Assembly (NCBI GenBank): GCA_950097015.1
Contig: CATNEN010000007.1
Location: 6,138,001 to 6,202,000 of the forward strand
Origin: Macrostomum hystrix
Lineage: Eukaryota > Animalia > Platyhelminthes
Reading direction: 5' to 3'
DNA length: 64,000 bases
Shown here: positions 23,345-37,370 of the stretch, one piece after another
Position numbering within the stretch: the first letter of the stretch is position 1
Layout: every line of letters begins with the position of its first letter
Made by a program: the position numbers and the translations under genes
Notes under the pieces: model-generated
The model's database searches: none
Seen by the model: only the letters and a program-made list of their open reading frames with translations
Told to the model about the DNA's origin: nothing

Positions 23345-24227
23345 CTCTAGAGCAAGATTCCTAATTGATTGATGTCCATTGTTTCACCGTCTCACATTCT
23401 CAACTGGTGCTCAAATGTCCGCTAGCCAGTCTCGATCTCGCATTTGTGCTGAGCATAAAGGCGAACCATACTATGGACTACGACCGGCTGTTGAAACCTA
23501 TAAAATGCAAAGTTTGATTACAAAGCATTGTTGTCTCTTTGTTGAAAGCATTTCACAATCAAATACCAAAATTTGACAACACAATATGACACAATACTCA
23601 GTAGCATTAACTGAGTGCGTGCAGAAGGCTCTGAATTTATGCTAGTCAGCACTGCATGGGCCCTCTTTTAAACAGGCTATCTCTCTAGTCTTAGTCTCTC
23701 TAATCCCCTTCAGGCCGGACCTGATGGCTTATTTTTCCATGGCGGTCTGTTTGCTGATCACAGAGCCCAGGTCCCACCCCATCCCCCCAGCAGCATCGCA
23801 CTGACAAGAATCGTGAGACTGCATTTTGCCGCAGCTTACAATGTCCCGCAGATCAGACTGTTTGCCCTGCAGTTTAGAATTAGTTTTTCTCTATCACCAG
23901 CCCTGCATGAACCAGCTGGGTGCGGATGGCGCGGCTCGGGTGGCCGCGATTGGAATTCTTATCGAGCAGCAGGTGCGTAGATGTACGAGCTACTACGATT
24001 TGCGTTTTAGTTTTCTGAAAAATACGGTGATTGACAAGACCCCAACGATTGCACTTATGGCGAGTACAGGTATTCGGAATTCAAACAATTTCCTCTAATG
24101 TAAATCTAACAGTTTAGATTAGCAAGTTTATCAACTCTACCGAGATCTCAGAATGTAGGTTATTGACAATGGTTTGCTTTATTCTTCGAGTTACGAATGG
24201 GCAACACGCACAAGCAGAAACCCCCCA

Positions 24228-24410
24228 CCCGAGTTCGATTCAGCGGCGATGCCACATTCATTTGGAGCGCGTAGCCGCGGAGAGAAGGCTTTGGAGCTTG
24301 TTGTGCAATTAACGCCACTGAGGTACTCTACCTGATGACAGCAGTCAGAGACAACTGTACACCTATCAGAACCGGAATGGGCAGGATTGTCTCGTCGCTG
24401 ACTGTGTCGC
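24228..24410 (+). mobile_element. Decayed SINE family B copy abutting the 31-bp satellite
   Basis: GTTCGATT...GGCGATGCCACATTCATTTGG matches the copy 2 body; CGGAATGGGCAGGATTGTCTCGTCGCTG matches the family 3' body. Confidence 0.6.
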
Positions 24411-24423
24411 CTGTTTCCAATGT

Positions 24424-27400
24424 ATTCTGCTGTCCACGCAGTTCGTAAAATTGGATTCCGCTGTCCACGCAGTTCTTAGAATGAGATTCCGCTGTCCACG
24501 CAGTTCTTAGAATGGGATTCCGCTGACCACACAGTACTTAGAATGGGATTTCGCTGTCCACACAGGACTTAGAATGGGATTTCGCTGTCCACACAGAACT
24601 TAGAATGGGATTCCGCTGTCCACACAGTTCTTAGAATGAGATTCCGCTGACCACACAGTACTTAAAATGGGATTTCGCTGTCCACACAGGACTTAGAATG
24701 GGATTTCGCTGTCCACACAGAACTTAGAATGGGATTCCGCTGTCCACGCAGTTCTTAGAATGGGATTCCGCTGTCCACACAGTTCTTAGAATGGGATTCC
24801 GCTGACCAGACAGTACTTAGAATGGGATTTCGCTGTCCACACAGTTCTTAGAATGACATTCCGCTGACCACACAGTACTTAGAAAGGGATTCCGCTGACC
24901 ACACAGTACTTAGAATGGGATTCCGCTGACCACGCAGTTCTTAGAATGGGATTCCGCTGACCAGACAGTACTTAGAATGGGATTTCGCTGTCAACGCAGT
25001 TCTTAGAATGGGATTCCGCTGTCCACGCAGTTCTTAGAATGGGATTCCGCTGACCAGACAGTACTTAGAATGGGATTTCGCTGTCCACGCAGTTCTTAGA
25101 ATGACATTCCGCTGACCACACAGTTCTTAGAATGGGATTCCGCTGTCCACACAGTTCTTAGAATGGGATTCCGCTGACCACACAGTTCTTAGAATGGGAT
25201 TCCGCTGTCCACGCAGTTCTTAGAATGGGATTCCGCTGTCCACGCAGTTCTTAGAATGGGATTCCGCTGACCAGACAGTACTTAGAATGGGATTTCGCTG
25301 TCCACGCAGTTCTTAGAATGACATTCCGCTGACCACACAGTACTTAGAAAGGGATTCCGCTGACCACACAGTACTTAGAATGGGATTCCGCTGACCACGC
25401 AGTTCTTAGAATGGGATTCCGCTGACCAGACAGTACTTAGAATGGGATTTCGCTGTCCACGCAGTTCTTAGAATGGGATTCCGCTGTCCACGCAGTTCTT
25501 AGAATGGGATTCCGCTGACCAGACAGTACTTAGAATGGGATTTCGCTGTCCACGCAGTTCTTAGAATGACATTCCGCTGACCACACAGTTCTTAGAATGG
25601 GATTCCGCTGTCCACACAGTTCTTAGAATGGGATTCCGCTGACCACACAGTTCTTAGAATGGGATTCCGCTGTCCACGCAGTTCTTAGAATGGGATTCCG
25701 CTGTCCACGCAGTTCTTAGAATGGGATTCCGCTGTCCACGCAGTTCTTAGAATGGGATTTCGCTGTCCACACAGTTCTTAGAATGACATTCCGCTGACCA
25801 CACAGTTCTTAGAATGGGATTCCGCTGTCCACACAGTTCTTAGAATGGGATTCCGCTGTCCACGCAGTTCTTAGAATGGGATTCCGCTGTCCACGCAGTT
25901 CTTAGAATGATATTCCGCTGTCCACGCAGTTCTTAGAATGGGATTCCGCTGACCAGACAGTACTTAGAATGGGATTTCGCTGTCCACGCAGTTCTTAGAA
26001 TGACATTCCGCTGACCACACAGTACTTAGAATGGGATTCCGCTGACCACACAGTACTTAGAATGGGATTCCGCTGACCAGACAGTACTTAGAATGGGATT
26101 TCGCTGACCAGACAGTACTAAGAATGGGATTCCGCTGTCCACGCAGTTCTTAGAATGGGATTCCGCTGTCCACGCAGTTCTTAGAATGGGATTCCGCTGT
26201 CCACGCAGTTCTTAGAATGGGATTCCGCTGACCACACAGTACTTAGAATGGGATTTCGCTGTCCACACAGGACTTAGAATGGGATTTCGCTGTCCACACA
26301 GAACTTAGAATGGGATTCCGCTGTCCACACAGTTCTTAGAATGAGATTCCGCTGACCACACAGTACTTAAAATGGGATTTCGCTGTCCACACAGGACTTA
26401 GAATGGGATTTCGCTGTCCACACAGAACTTAGAATGGGATTCCGCTGTCCACGCAGTTCTTAGAATGGGATTCCGCTGTCCACACAGTTCTTAGAATGGG
26501 ATTCCGCTGACCAGACAGTACTTAGAATGGGATTTCGCTGTCCACACAGTTCTTAGAATGACATTCCGCTGACCACACAGTACTTAGAAAGGGATTCCGC
26601 TGACCACACAGTACTTAGAATGGGATTCCGCTGACCACGCAGTTCTTAGAATGGGATTCCGCTGACCAGACAGTACTTAGAATGGGATTCCGCTGTCAAC
26701 GCAGTTCTTAGAATGGGATTCCGCTGTCCACGCAGTTCTTAGAATGGGATTCCGCTGACCAGACAGTACTTAGAATGGGATTTCGCTGTCCACAGCAGTT
26801 CTTAGAATGACATTCCGCTGACCACACAGTACTTAGAAAGGGATTCCGCTGACCACACAGTACTTAGAATGGGATTCCGCTGACCACGCAGTTCTTAGAA
26901 TGGGATTCCGCTGACCAGACAGTACTTAGAATGGGATTTCGCTGTCCACGCAGTTCTTAGAATGGGATTCCGCTGTCCACGCAGTTCTTAGAATGGGATT
27001 CCGCTGACCAGACAGTACTTAGAATGGGATTTCGCTGTCCACGCAGTTCTTAGAATGACATTCCGCTGACCACACAGTTCTTAGAATGGGATTCCGCTGT
27101 CCACACAGTTCTTAGAATGGGATTCCGCTGACCACACAGTTCTTAGAATGGGATTCCGCTGTCCACGCAGTTCTTAGAATGGGATTCCGCTGTCCACGCA
27201 GTTCTTAGAATGGGATTCCGCTGTCCACGCAGTTCTTAGAATGGGATTTCGCTGTCCACACAGTTCTTAGAATGACATTCCGCTGACCACACAGTTCTTA
27301 GAATGGGATTCCGCTGTCCACACAGTTCTTAGAATGGGATTCCGCTGTCCACGCAGTTCTTAGAATGGGATTCCGCTGTCCACGCAGTTCTTAGAATGAT

Positions 27401-30400
27401 ATTCCGCTGTCCACGCAGTTCTTAGAATGGGATTCCGCTGACCAGACAGTACTTAGAATGGGATTTCGCTGTCCACGCAGTTCTTAGAATGACATTCCGC
27501 TGACCACACAGTACTTAGAATGGGATTCCGCTGACCACACAGTACTTAGAATGGGATTCCGCTGACCAGACAGTACTTAGAATGGGATTTCGCTGACCAG
27601 ACAGTACTAAGAATGGGATTCCGCTGTCCACGCAGTTCTTAGAATGGGATTCCGCTGTCCACGCAGTTCTTAGAATGGGATTCCGCTGTCCACGCAGTTC
27701 TTAGAATGACATTCCGCTGACCACACAGTACTTAGAATGGGATTCCGCTGACCACACAGTACTTAGAATGGGATTCCGCTGACCAGACAGTACTTAGAAT
27801 GGGATTTCGCTGACCAGACAGTACTAAGAATGGGATTCCGCTGTCCACACAGTTCTTAGAATGGGATTCCGCTGTCCACGCAGTTCTTAGAATGGGATTC
27901 CGCTGACCAGACAGTACTTAGAATGGGATTTCGCTGTCCACACAGTTCTTAGAATGAGATTCCGCTGACCACACAGTTCTTAGAATGGGATTCCGCTGTC
28001 CACACAGTTCTTAGAATGGGATTCCGCTGTCCACGCAGTTCTTAGAATGGGATTCCGCTGTCCACGCAGTTCTTAGAATGATATTCCGCTGTCCACGCAG
28101 TTCTTAGAATGGGATTCCGCTGACCAGACAGTACTTAGAATGGGATTTCGCTGTCCACGCAGTTCTTAGAATGACATTCCGCTGACCACACAGTACTTTG
28201 AATGGGATTCCGCTGACCACACAGTACTTAGAATGGGATTCCGCTGACCAGACAGTACTTAGAATGGGATTTCGCTGACCAGACAGTACTAAGAATGGGA
28301 TTCCGCTGTCCACACAGTTCTTAGAATGGGATTCCGCTGTCCACGCAGTTCTTAGAATGGGATTCCGCTGTCCACGCAGTTCTTAGAATGGGATTCCGCT
28401 GTCCACGCAGTTCTTAGAATGGGATTTCGCTGTCCACACAGTTCTTAGAATGACATTCCGCTGACCACACAGTTCTTAGAATGGGATTTCGCTGACCAGA
28501 CAGTACTAAGAATGGGATTCCGCTGTCCACACAGTTCTTAGAATGGGATTCCGCTGTCCACGCAGTTCTTAGAATGGGATTCCGCTGACCAGACAGTACT
28601 TAGAATGGGATTTCGCTGTCCACACAGTTCTTAGAATGAGATTCCGCTGACCACACAGTTCTTAGAATGGGATTCCGCTGTCCACACAGTTCTTAGAATG
28701 GGATTCCGCTGTCCACGCAGTTCTTAGAATGGGATTCCGCTGTCCACGCAGTTCTTAGAATGATATTCCGCTGTCCACGCAGTTCTTAGAATGGGATTCC
28801 GCTGACCAGACAGTACTTAGAATGGGATTTCGCTGTCCACGCAGTTCTTAGAATGACATTCCGCTGACCACACAGTACTTTGAATGGGATTCCGCTGACC
28901 ACACAGTACTTAGAATGGGATTCCGCTGACCAGACAGTACTTAGAATGGGATTTCGCTGACCAGACAGTACTAAGAATGGGATTCCGCTGTCCACACAGT
29001 TCTTAGAATGGGATTCCGCTGTCCACGCAGTTCTTAGAATGGGATTCCGCTGTCCACGCAGTTCTTAGAATGGGATTCCGCTGTCCACGCAGTTCTTAGA
29101 ATGGGATTTCGCTGTCCACACAGTTCTTAGAATGACATTCCGCTGACCACACAGTTCTTAGAATGGGATTCCGCTGTCCACACAGTTCTTAGAATGGGAT
29201 TCCGCTGTCCACGCAGTTCTTAGAATGGGATTCCGCTGTCCACGCAGTTCTTAGAATGATATTCCGCTGTCCACGCAGTTCTTAGAATGGGATTCCGCTG
29301 ACCAGACAGTACTTAGAATGGGATTTCGCTGTCCACGCAGTTCTTAGAATGACATTCCGCTGACCACACAGTACTTAGAATGGGATTCCGCTGACCACAC
29401 AGTACTTAGAATGGGATTCCGCTGACCAGACAGTACTTAGAATGGGATTTCGCTGACCAGACAGTACTAAGAATGGGATTCCGCTGTCCACGCAGTTCTT
29501 AGAATGGGATTCCGCTGTCCACGCAGTTCTTAGAATGGGATTCCGCTGTCCACGCAGTTCTTAGAATGACATTCCGCTGACCACACAGTACTTAGAATGG
29601 GATTCCGCTGACCACACAGTACTTAGAATGGGATTCCGCTGACCAGACAGTACTTAGAATGGGATTTCGCTGACCAGACAGTACTAAGAATGGGATTCCG
29701 CTGTCCACGCAGTTCTTAGAATGGGATTCCGCTGTCCACGCAGTTCTTAGAATGGGATTCCGCTGTCCACGCAGTTCTTAGAATGACATTCCGCTGACCA
29801 CACAGTTCTTAGAATGGGATTCCGCTGTCCACACAGTTCTTAGAATGGGATTCCGCTGTCCACGCAGTTCTTAGAATGGGATTCCGCTGTCCACGCAGTT
29901 CTTAGAATGATATTCCGCTGTCCACGCAGTTCTTAGAATGGGATTCCGCTGACCAGACAGTACTTAGAATGGGATTTCGCTGTCCACGCAGTTCTTAGAA
30001 TGACATTCCGCTGACCACACAGTACTTAGAATGGGATTCCGCTGACCACACAGTACTTAGAATGGGATTCCGCTGACCAGACAGTACTTAGAATGGGATT
30101 TCGCTGACCAGACAGTACTAAGAATGGGATTCCGCTGTCCACGCAGTTCTTAGAATGGGATTCCGCTGTCCACGCAGTTCTTAGAATGGGATTTCGCTGT
30201 CCACGCAGTTCTTAGAATGACATTCCGCTGACCACACAGTACTTAGAATGGGATTCCGCTGACCACACAGTACTTAGAATGGGATTCCGCTGACCAGACA
30301 GTACTTAGAATGGGATTTCGCTGACCAGACAGTACTAAGAATGGGATTCCGCTGTCCACGCAGTTCTTAGAATGGGATTCCGCTGTCCACGCAGTTCTTA

Positions 30401-33400
30401 GAATGGGATTCCGCTGTCCACGCAGTTCTTAGAATGACATTCCGCTGACCACACAGTACTTAGAATGGGATTCCGCTGACCACACAGTACTTAGAATGGG
30501 ATTCCGCTGACCAGACAGTACTTAGAATGGGATTTCGCTGACCAGACAGTACTAAGAATGGGATTTCGCTGTCCACACAGTTCTTAGAATGAGATTCCGC
30601 TGACCACACAGTTCTTAGAATGGGATTCCGCTGTCCACACAGTTCTTAGAATGGGATTCCGCTGTCCACGCAGTTCTTAGAATGGGATTCCGCTGTCCAC
30701 GCAGTTCTTAGAATGATATTCCGCTGTCCACGCAGTACTTAGAATGGGATTCCGCTGACCAGACAGTACTTAGAATGGGATTCCGCTGACCAGACAGTAC
30801 TTAGAATGGGATTTCGCTGTCCACGCAGTTCTTAGAATGACATTCCGCTGACCACACAGTTCTTAGAATGGGATTCCGCTGTCCACACAGTTCTTAGAAT
30901 GGGATTCCGCTGTCCACACAGTTCTTAGAATGGGATTCCGCTGACCAGACAGTACTTAGAATGGGATTTCGCTGTCCACACAGTTCTTAGAATGACATTC
31001 CGCTGACCACACAGTACTTAGAAAGGGATTCCGCTGACCACACAGTACTTAGAATGGGATTCCGCTGACCACGCAGTTCTTAGAATGGGATTCCGCTGAC
31101 CAGACAGTACTTAGAATGGGATTCCGCTGTCAACGCAGTTCTTAGAATGGGATTCCGCTGTCCACGCAGTTCTTAGAATGGGATTCCGCTGACCAGACAG
31201 TACTTAGAATGGGATTTCGCTGTCCACGCAGTTCTTAGAATGACATTCCGCTGACCACACAGTACTTAGAAAGGGATTCCGCTGACCACACAGTACTTAG
31301 AATGGGATTCCGCTGACCACGCAGTTCTTAGAATGGGATTCCGCTGACCAGACAGTACTTAGAATGGGATTTCGCTGTCCACGCAGTTCTTAGAATGGGA
31401 TTCCGCTGTCCACGCAGTTCTTAGAATGGGATTCCGCTGACCAGACAGTACTTAGAATGGGATTTCGCTGTCCACGCAGTTCTTAGAATGACATTCCGCT
31501 GACCACACAGTTCTTAGAATGGGATTCCGCTGTCCACACAGTTCTTAGAATGGGATTCCGCTGACCACACAGTTCTTAGAATGGGATTCCGCTGTCCACG
31601 CAGTTCTTAGAATGGGATTCCGCTGTCCACGCAGTTCTTAGAATGGGATTCCGCTGTCCACGCAGTTCTTAGAATGGGATTTCGCTGTCCACACAGTTCT
31701 TAGAATGACATTCCGCTGACCACACAGTTCTTAGAATGGGATTCCGCTGTCCACACAGTTCTTAGAATGGGATTCCGCTGTCCACGCAGTTCTTAGAATG
31801 GGATTCCGCTGTCCACGCAGTTCTTAGAATGATATTCCGCTGTCCACGCAGTTCTTAGAATGGGATTCCGCTGACCAGACAGTACTTAGAATGGGATTTC
31901 GCTGTCCACGCAGTTCTTAGAATGACATTCCGCTGACCACACAGTACTTAGAATGGGATTCCGCTGACCACACAGTACTTAGAATGGGATTCCGCTGACC
32001 AGACAGTACTTAGAATGGGATTTCGCTGACCAGACAGTACTAAGAATGGGATTCCGCTGTCCACGCAGTTCTTAGAATGGGATTCCGCTGTCCACGCAGT
32101 TCTTAGAATGGGATTCCGCTGTCCACGCAGTTCTTAGAATGACATTCCGCTGACCACACAGTACTTAGAATGGGATTCCGCTGACCACACAGTACTTAGA
32201 ATGGGATTCCGCTGACCAGACAGTACTTAGAATGGGATTTCGCTGACCAGACAGTACTAAGAATGGGATTCCGCTGTCCACACAGTTCTTAGAATGGGAT
32301 TCCGCTGTCCACGCAGTTCTTAGAATGGGATTCCGCTGACCAGACAGTACTTAGAATGGGATTTCGCTGTCCACACAGTTCTTAGAATGAGATTCCGCTG
32401 ACCACACAGTTCTTAGAATGGGATTCCGCTGTCCACACAGTTCTTAGAATGGGATTCCGCTGTCCACGCAGTTCTTAGAATGGGATTCCGCTGTCCACGC
32501 AGTTCTTAGAATGATATTCCGCTGTCCACGCAGTTCTTAGAATGGGATTCCGCTGACCAGACAGTACTTAGAATGGGATTTCGCTGTCCACGCAGTTCTT
32601 AGAATGACATTCCGCTGACCACACAGTACTTTGAATGGGATTCCGCTGACCACACAGTACTTAGAATGGGATTCCGCTGACCAGACAGTACTTAGAATGG
32701 GATTTCGCTGACCAGACAGTACTAAGAATGGGATTCCGCTGTCCACACAGTTCTTAGAATGGGATTCCGCTGTCCACGCAGTTCTTAGAATGGGATTCCG
32801 CTGTCCACGCAGTTCTTAGAATGGGATTCCGCTGTCCACGCAGTTCTTAGAATGGGATTTCGCTGTCCACACAGTTCTTAGAATGACATTCCGCTGACCA
32901 CACAGTTCTTAGAATGGGATTCCGCTGTCCACACAGTTCTTAGAATGGGATTCCGCTGTCCACGCAGTTCTTAGAATGGGATTCCGCTGTCCACGCAGTT
33001 CTTAGAATGATATTCCGCTGTCCACGCAGTTCTTAGAATGGGATTCCGCTGACCAGACAGTACTTAGAATGGGATTTCGCTGTCCACGCAGTTCTTAGAA
33101 TGACATTCCGCTGACCACACAGTACTTAGAATGGGATTCCGCTGACCACACAGTACTTAGAATGGGATTCCGCTGACCAGACAGTACTTAGAATGGGATT
33201 TCGCTGACCAGACAGTACTAAGAATGGGATTCCGCTGTCCACGCAGTTCTTAGAATGGGATTCCGCTGTCCACGCAGTTCTTAGAATGGGATTCCGCTGT
33301 CCACGCAGTTCTTAGAATGACATTCCGCTGACCACACAGTACTTAGAATGGGATTCCGCTGACCACACAGTACTTAGAATGGGATTCCGCTGACCAGACA

Positions 33401-35898
33401 GTACTTAGAATGGGATTTCGCTGACCAGACAGTACTAAGAATGGGATTCCGCTGTCCACGCAGTTCTTAGAATGGGATTCCGCTGTCCACGCAGTTCTTA
33501 GAATGGGATTCCGCTGTCCACGCAGTTCTTAGAATGACATTCCGCTGACCACACAGTTCTTAGAATGGGATTCCGCTGTCCACACAGTTCTTAGAATGGG
33601 ATTCCGCTGTCCACGCAGTTCTTAGAATGGGATTCCGCTGTCCACGCAGTTCTTAGAATGATATTCCGCTGTCCACGCAGTTCTTAGAATGGGATTCCGC
33701 TGACCAGACAGTACTTAGAATGGGATTTCGCTGTCCACGCAGTTCTTAGAATGACATTCCGCTGACCACACAGTACTTAGAATGGGATTCCGCTGACCAC
33801 ACAGTACTTAGAATGGGATTCCGCTGACCAGACAGTACTTAGAATGGGATTTCGCTGACCAGACAGTACTAAGAATGGGATTCCGCTGTCCACGCAGTTC
33901 TTAGAATGGGATTCCGCTGTCCACGCAGTTCTTAGAATGGGATTTCGCTGTCCACGCAGTTCTTAGAATGACATTCCGCTGACCACACAGTACTTAGAAT
34001 GGGATTCCGCTGACCACACAGTACTTAGAATGGGATTCCGCTGACCAGACAGTACTTAGAATGGGATTTCGCTGACCAGACAGTACTAAGAATGGGATTC
34101 CGCTGTCCACGCAGTTCTTAGAATGGGATTCCGCTGTCCACGCAGTTCTTAGAATGGGATTCCGCTGTCCACGCAGTTCTTAGAATGACATTCCGCTGAC
34201 CACACAGTACTTAGAATGGGATTCCGCTGACCACACAGTACTTAGAATGGGATTCCGCTGACCAGACAGTACTTAGAATGGGATTTCGCTGACCAGACAG
34301 TACTAAGAATGGGATTTCGCTGTCCACACAGTTCTTAGAATGAGATTCCGCTGACCACACAGTTCTTAGAATGGGATTCCGCTGTCCACACAGTTCTTAG
34401 AATGGGATTCCGCTGTCCACGCAGTTCTTAGAATGGGATTCCGCTGTCCACGCAGTTCTTAGAATGATATTCCGCTGTCCACGCAGTTCTTAGAATGGGA
34501 TTCCGCTGACCAGACAGTACTTAGAATGGGATTTCGCTGTCCACGCAGTTCTTAGAATGACATTCCGCTGACCACACAGTACTTTGAATGGGATTCCGCT
34601 GACCACACAGTACTTAGAATGGGATTCCGCTGACCAGACAGTACTTAGAATGGGATTTCGCTGACCAGACAGTACTAAGAATGGGATTCCGCTGTCCACA
34701 CAGTTCTTAGAATGGGATTCCGCTGTCCACGCAGTTCTTAGAATGGGATTCCGCTGTCCACGCAGTTCTTAGAATGGGATTCCGCTGTCCACGCAGTTCT
34801 TAGAATGGGATTTCGCTGTCCACACAGTTCTTAGAATGACATTCCGCTGACCACACAGTTCTTAGAATGGGATTCCGCTGTCCACACAGTTCTTAGAATG
34901 GGATTCCGCTGTCCACGCAGTTCTTAGAATGGGATTCCGCTGTCCACGCAGTTCTTAGAATGATATTCCGCTGTCCACGCAGTTCTTAGAATGGGATTCC
35001 GCTGACCAGACAGTACTTAGAATGGGATTTCGCTGTCCACGCAGTTCTTAGAATGACATTCCGCTGACCACACAGTACTTAGAATGGGATTCCGCTGACC
35101 ACACAGTACTTAGAATGGGATTCCGCTGACCAGACAGTACTTAGAATGGGATTTCGCTGACCAGACAGTACTAAGAATGGGATTCCGCTGTCCACGCAGT
35201 TCTTAGAATGGGATTCCGCTGTCCACGCAGTTCTTAGAATGGGATTCCGCTGTCCACGCAGTTCTTAGAATGACATTCCGCTGACCACACAGTACTTAGA
35301 ATGGGATTCCGCTGACCACACAGTACTTAGAATGGGATTCCGCTGACCAGACAGTACTTAGAATGGGATTTCGCTGACCAGACAGTACTAAGAATGGGAT
35401 TCCGCTGTCCACACAGTTCTTAGAATGGGATTCCGCTGTCCACGCAGTTCTTAGAATGGGATTCCGCTGACCAGACAGTACTTAGAATGGGATTTCGCTG
35501 TCCACACAGTTCTTAGAATGAGATTCCGCTGACCACACAGTTCTTAGAATGGGATTCCGCTGACCAGACAGTACTTAGAATGGGATTTCGCTGTCCACGC
35601 AGTTCTTAGAATGACATTCCGCTGACCACACAGTACTTTGAATGGGATTCCGCTGACCACACAGTACTTAGAATGGGATTCCGCTGACCAGACAGTACTT
35701 AGAATGGGATTTCGCTGACCAGACAGTACTAAGAATGGGATTCCGCTGTCCACACAGTTCTTAGAATGGGATTCCGCTGTCCACGCAGTTCTTAGAATGG
35801 GATTCCGCTGTCCACGCAGTTCTTAGAATGGGATTCCGCTCTCCACGCAGTTCTTAGAAAATAGTATTTATATCCACGCAGTTTTTAGAATGGGATTT
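24424..35898. repeat. Satellite array, 31-bp unit TTCTTAGAATGGGATTCCGCTGTCCACGCAG, ~370 copies, with higher-order structure
   Basis: Directly visible. Variant landmarks recur at exact multiples of 31 (682, 1705 and 4433 bp). Confidence 0.98.
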
Positions 35899-37370
35899 GG
35901 ACAGTGTACACAGTACACTGTACACAACAGTACACAGCAGTTGCGTACCTGAGATGGGTCACTCAATTTCACTTCACAACAGAACGCTTCAATCGTAAAA
36001 GATGAAGGAATAGAAAAGTGCCTTACCAGCATCAACAGACAGGCAGCAGTTTCGGTTTGTGTGTGTGTGTGTGATCGATATAAGTATGCATAATATATAT
36101 TTAAAAGATTTTATCCACCAGCAAAAGATGTTCAACAGTGTGCTTGCTTTAGTAGCTGTGGTATTAGTAGTTGCAGCTTTATAATTAATAACTGTTTCTC
36201 TCTCACAAGCTGGGTTAAAATTGCATCAGATAGCGGAGAGACAGGCATTGATAGATTGACAGGGCTGCGGATGGGGCAGGGTGGGAGGGATTGGGCCGCT
36301 CAGAAATGGACACACAGCAGTCTGAGTACACAGCAGGCAGCTCAGACTGAAAAAGCAACAGATACGGGGACAGGGCTGAGAAAGTTAATTTACAATGTAA
36401 ATGTAATTGTATGCGAGTAAATTTCATATGCAGCCACTGCACACACATTCACACATATAAACTGATCACCGCCTCGACCAATTAGGCCAGAACAGTGCGA
36501 TGGGGCCGCCTGAGGCACGTCGAAGGCTGGCCAGATAGGCCCCGACAACACAGTAGAACAATGCTCAATTAACAATATAATTAATCATTTCGCATCGGAA
36601 CAGACGCGCCAAAGGTAGCAATTAGTAAGTCAAAGTAAAATTAAGAAGGCAAACAAAAAATAAATGAAAAAATCAAATTCCTACATTTTTGCAAGCAATC
36701 AACCGTTCTGGTTGCTATGGGCTGGGCGCGTGGGATAATTAGAGAAAAATGGTGAGAAAATGGGAGAAAACTTTGATGGGAGCAAATCAAAGGTGTTGGG
36801 GCTGCTAACAATTAAATTTAATTTGCGCTTAGTAAATTTAATGGAACACCACCTGACAAAGAAGCAAGGCTTAGATGGTCCGGCTAAAACGAATAAGAAT
36901 CTAGTGTAAAATCGCCTAATTTTATTTTTTGCCTATTTTGCACTACTTAATAGTAGTATTGAATAAAAATAGTGATCACTAAATGTACTGAGTTGCTTTT
37001 GCAATGCTTAATCGGCGATTTATAACTAGACTATCTAAGTAAAATAGCGAACTGAGGACACAAAGAGAGAGAAATAAACACAATTGAAAAATAGACCGAC
37101 AGAAAAAGGCAGTTTAAATCGCATGCAATTCTGGATGAACCATCTAGATTGGACACAATACAGGACATAGTTAGCTTCTAGAGAAAATAGACTAAAACAA
37201 AAAGTAATTAATTAATAGCACTATGGTAGTTAAATTTGAAAAGTAAAACAAAATAAGCAGTAGACTCTCACTATGAAAAGTGCTACGCAATGCGGGTTTG
37301 GAGGGTCAGATCGTGATTCAAGGAGCGAAGAACACAGAGAAAAAGATTAACGCTAACTCGCAAAAACTGG

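Noticed and set aside
28104-35753. Five identical 69-aa ORFs
   Set aside because: By-products of satellite variants that remove stops; useful only as landmarks of higher-order repeats.
24424-35898. CRISPR-like array of ~31-bp repeats
   Set aside because: Units are contiguous with no unique spacers, there are no cas genes, and the context is eukaryotic; it is a satellite.
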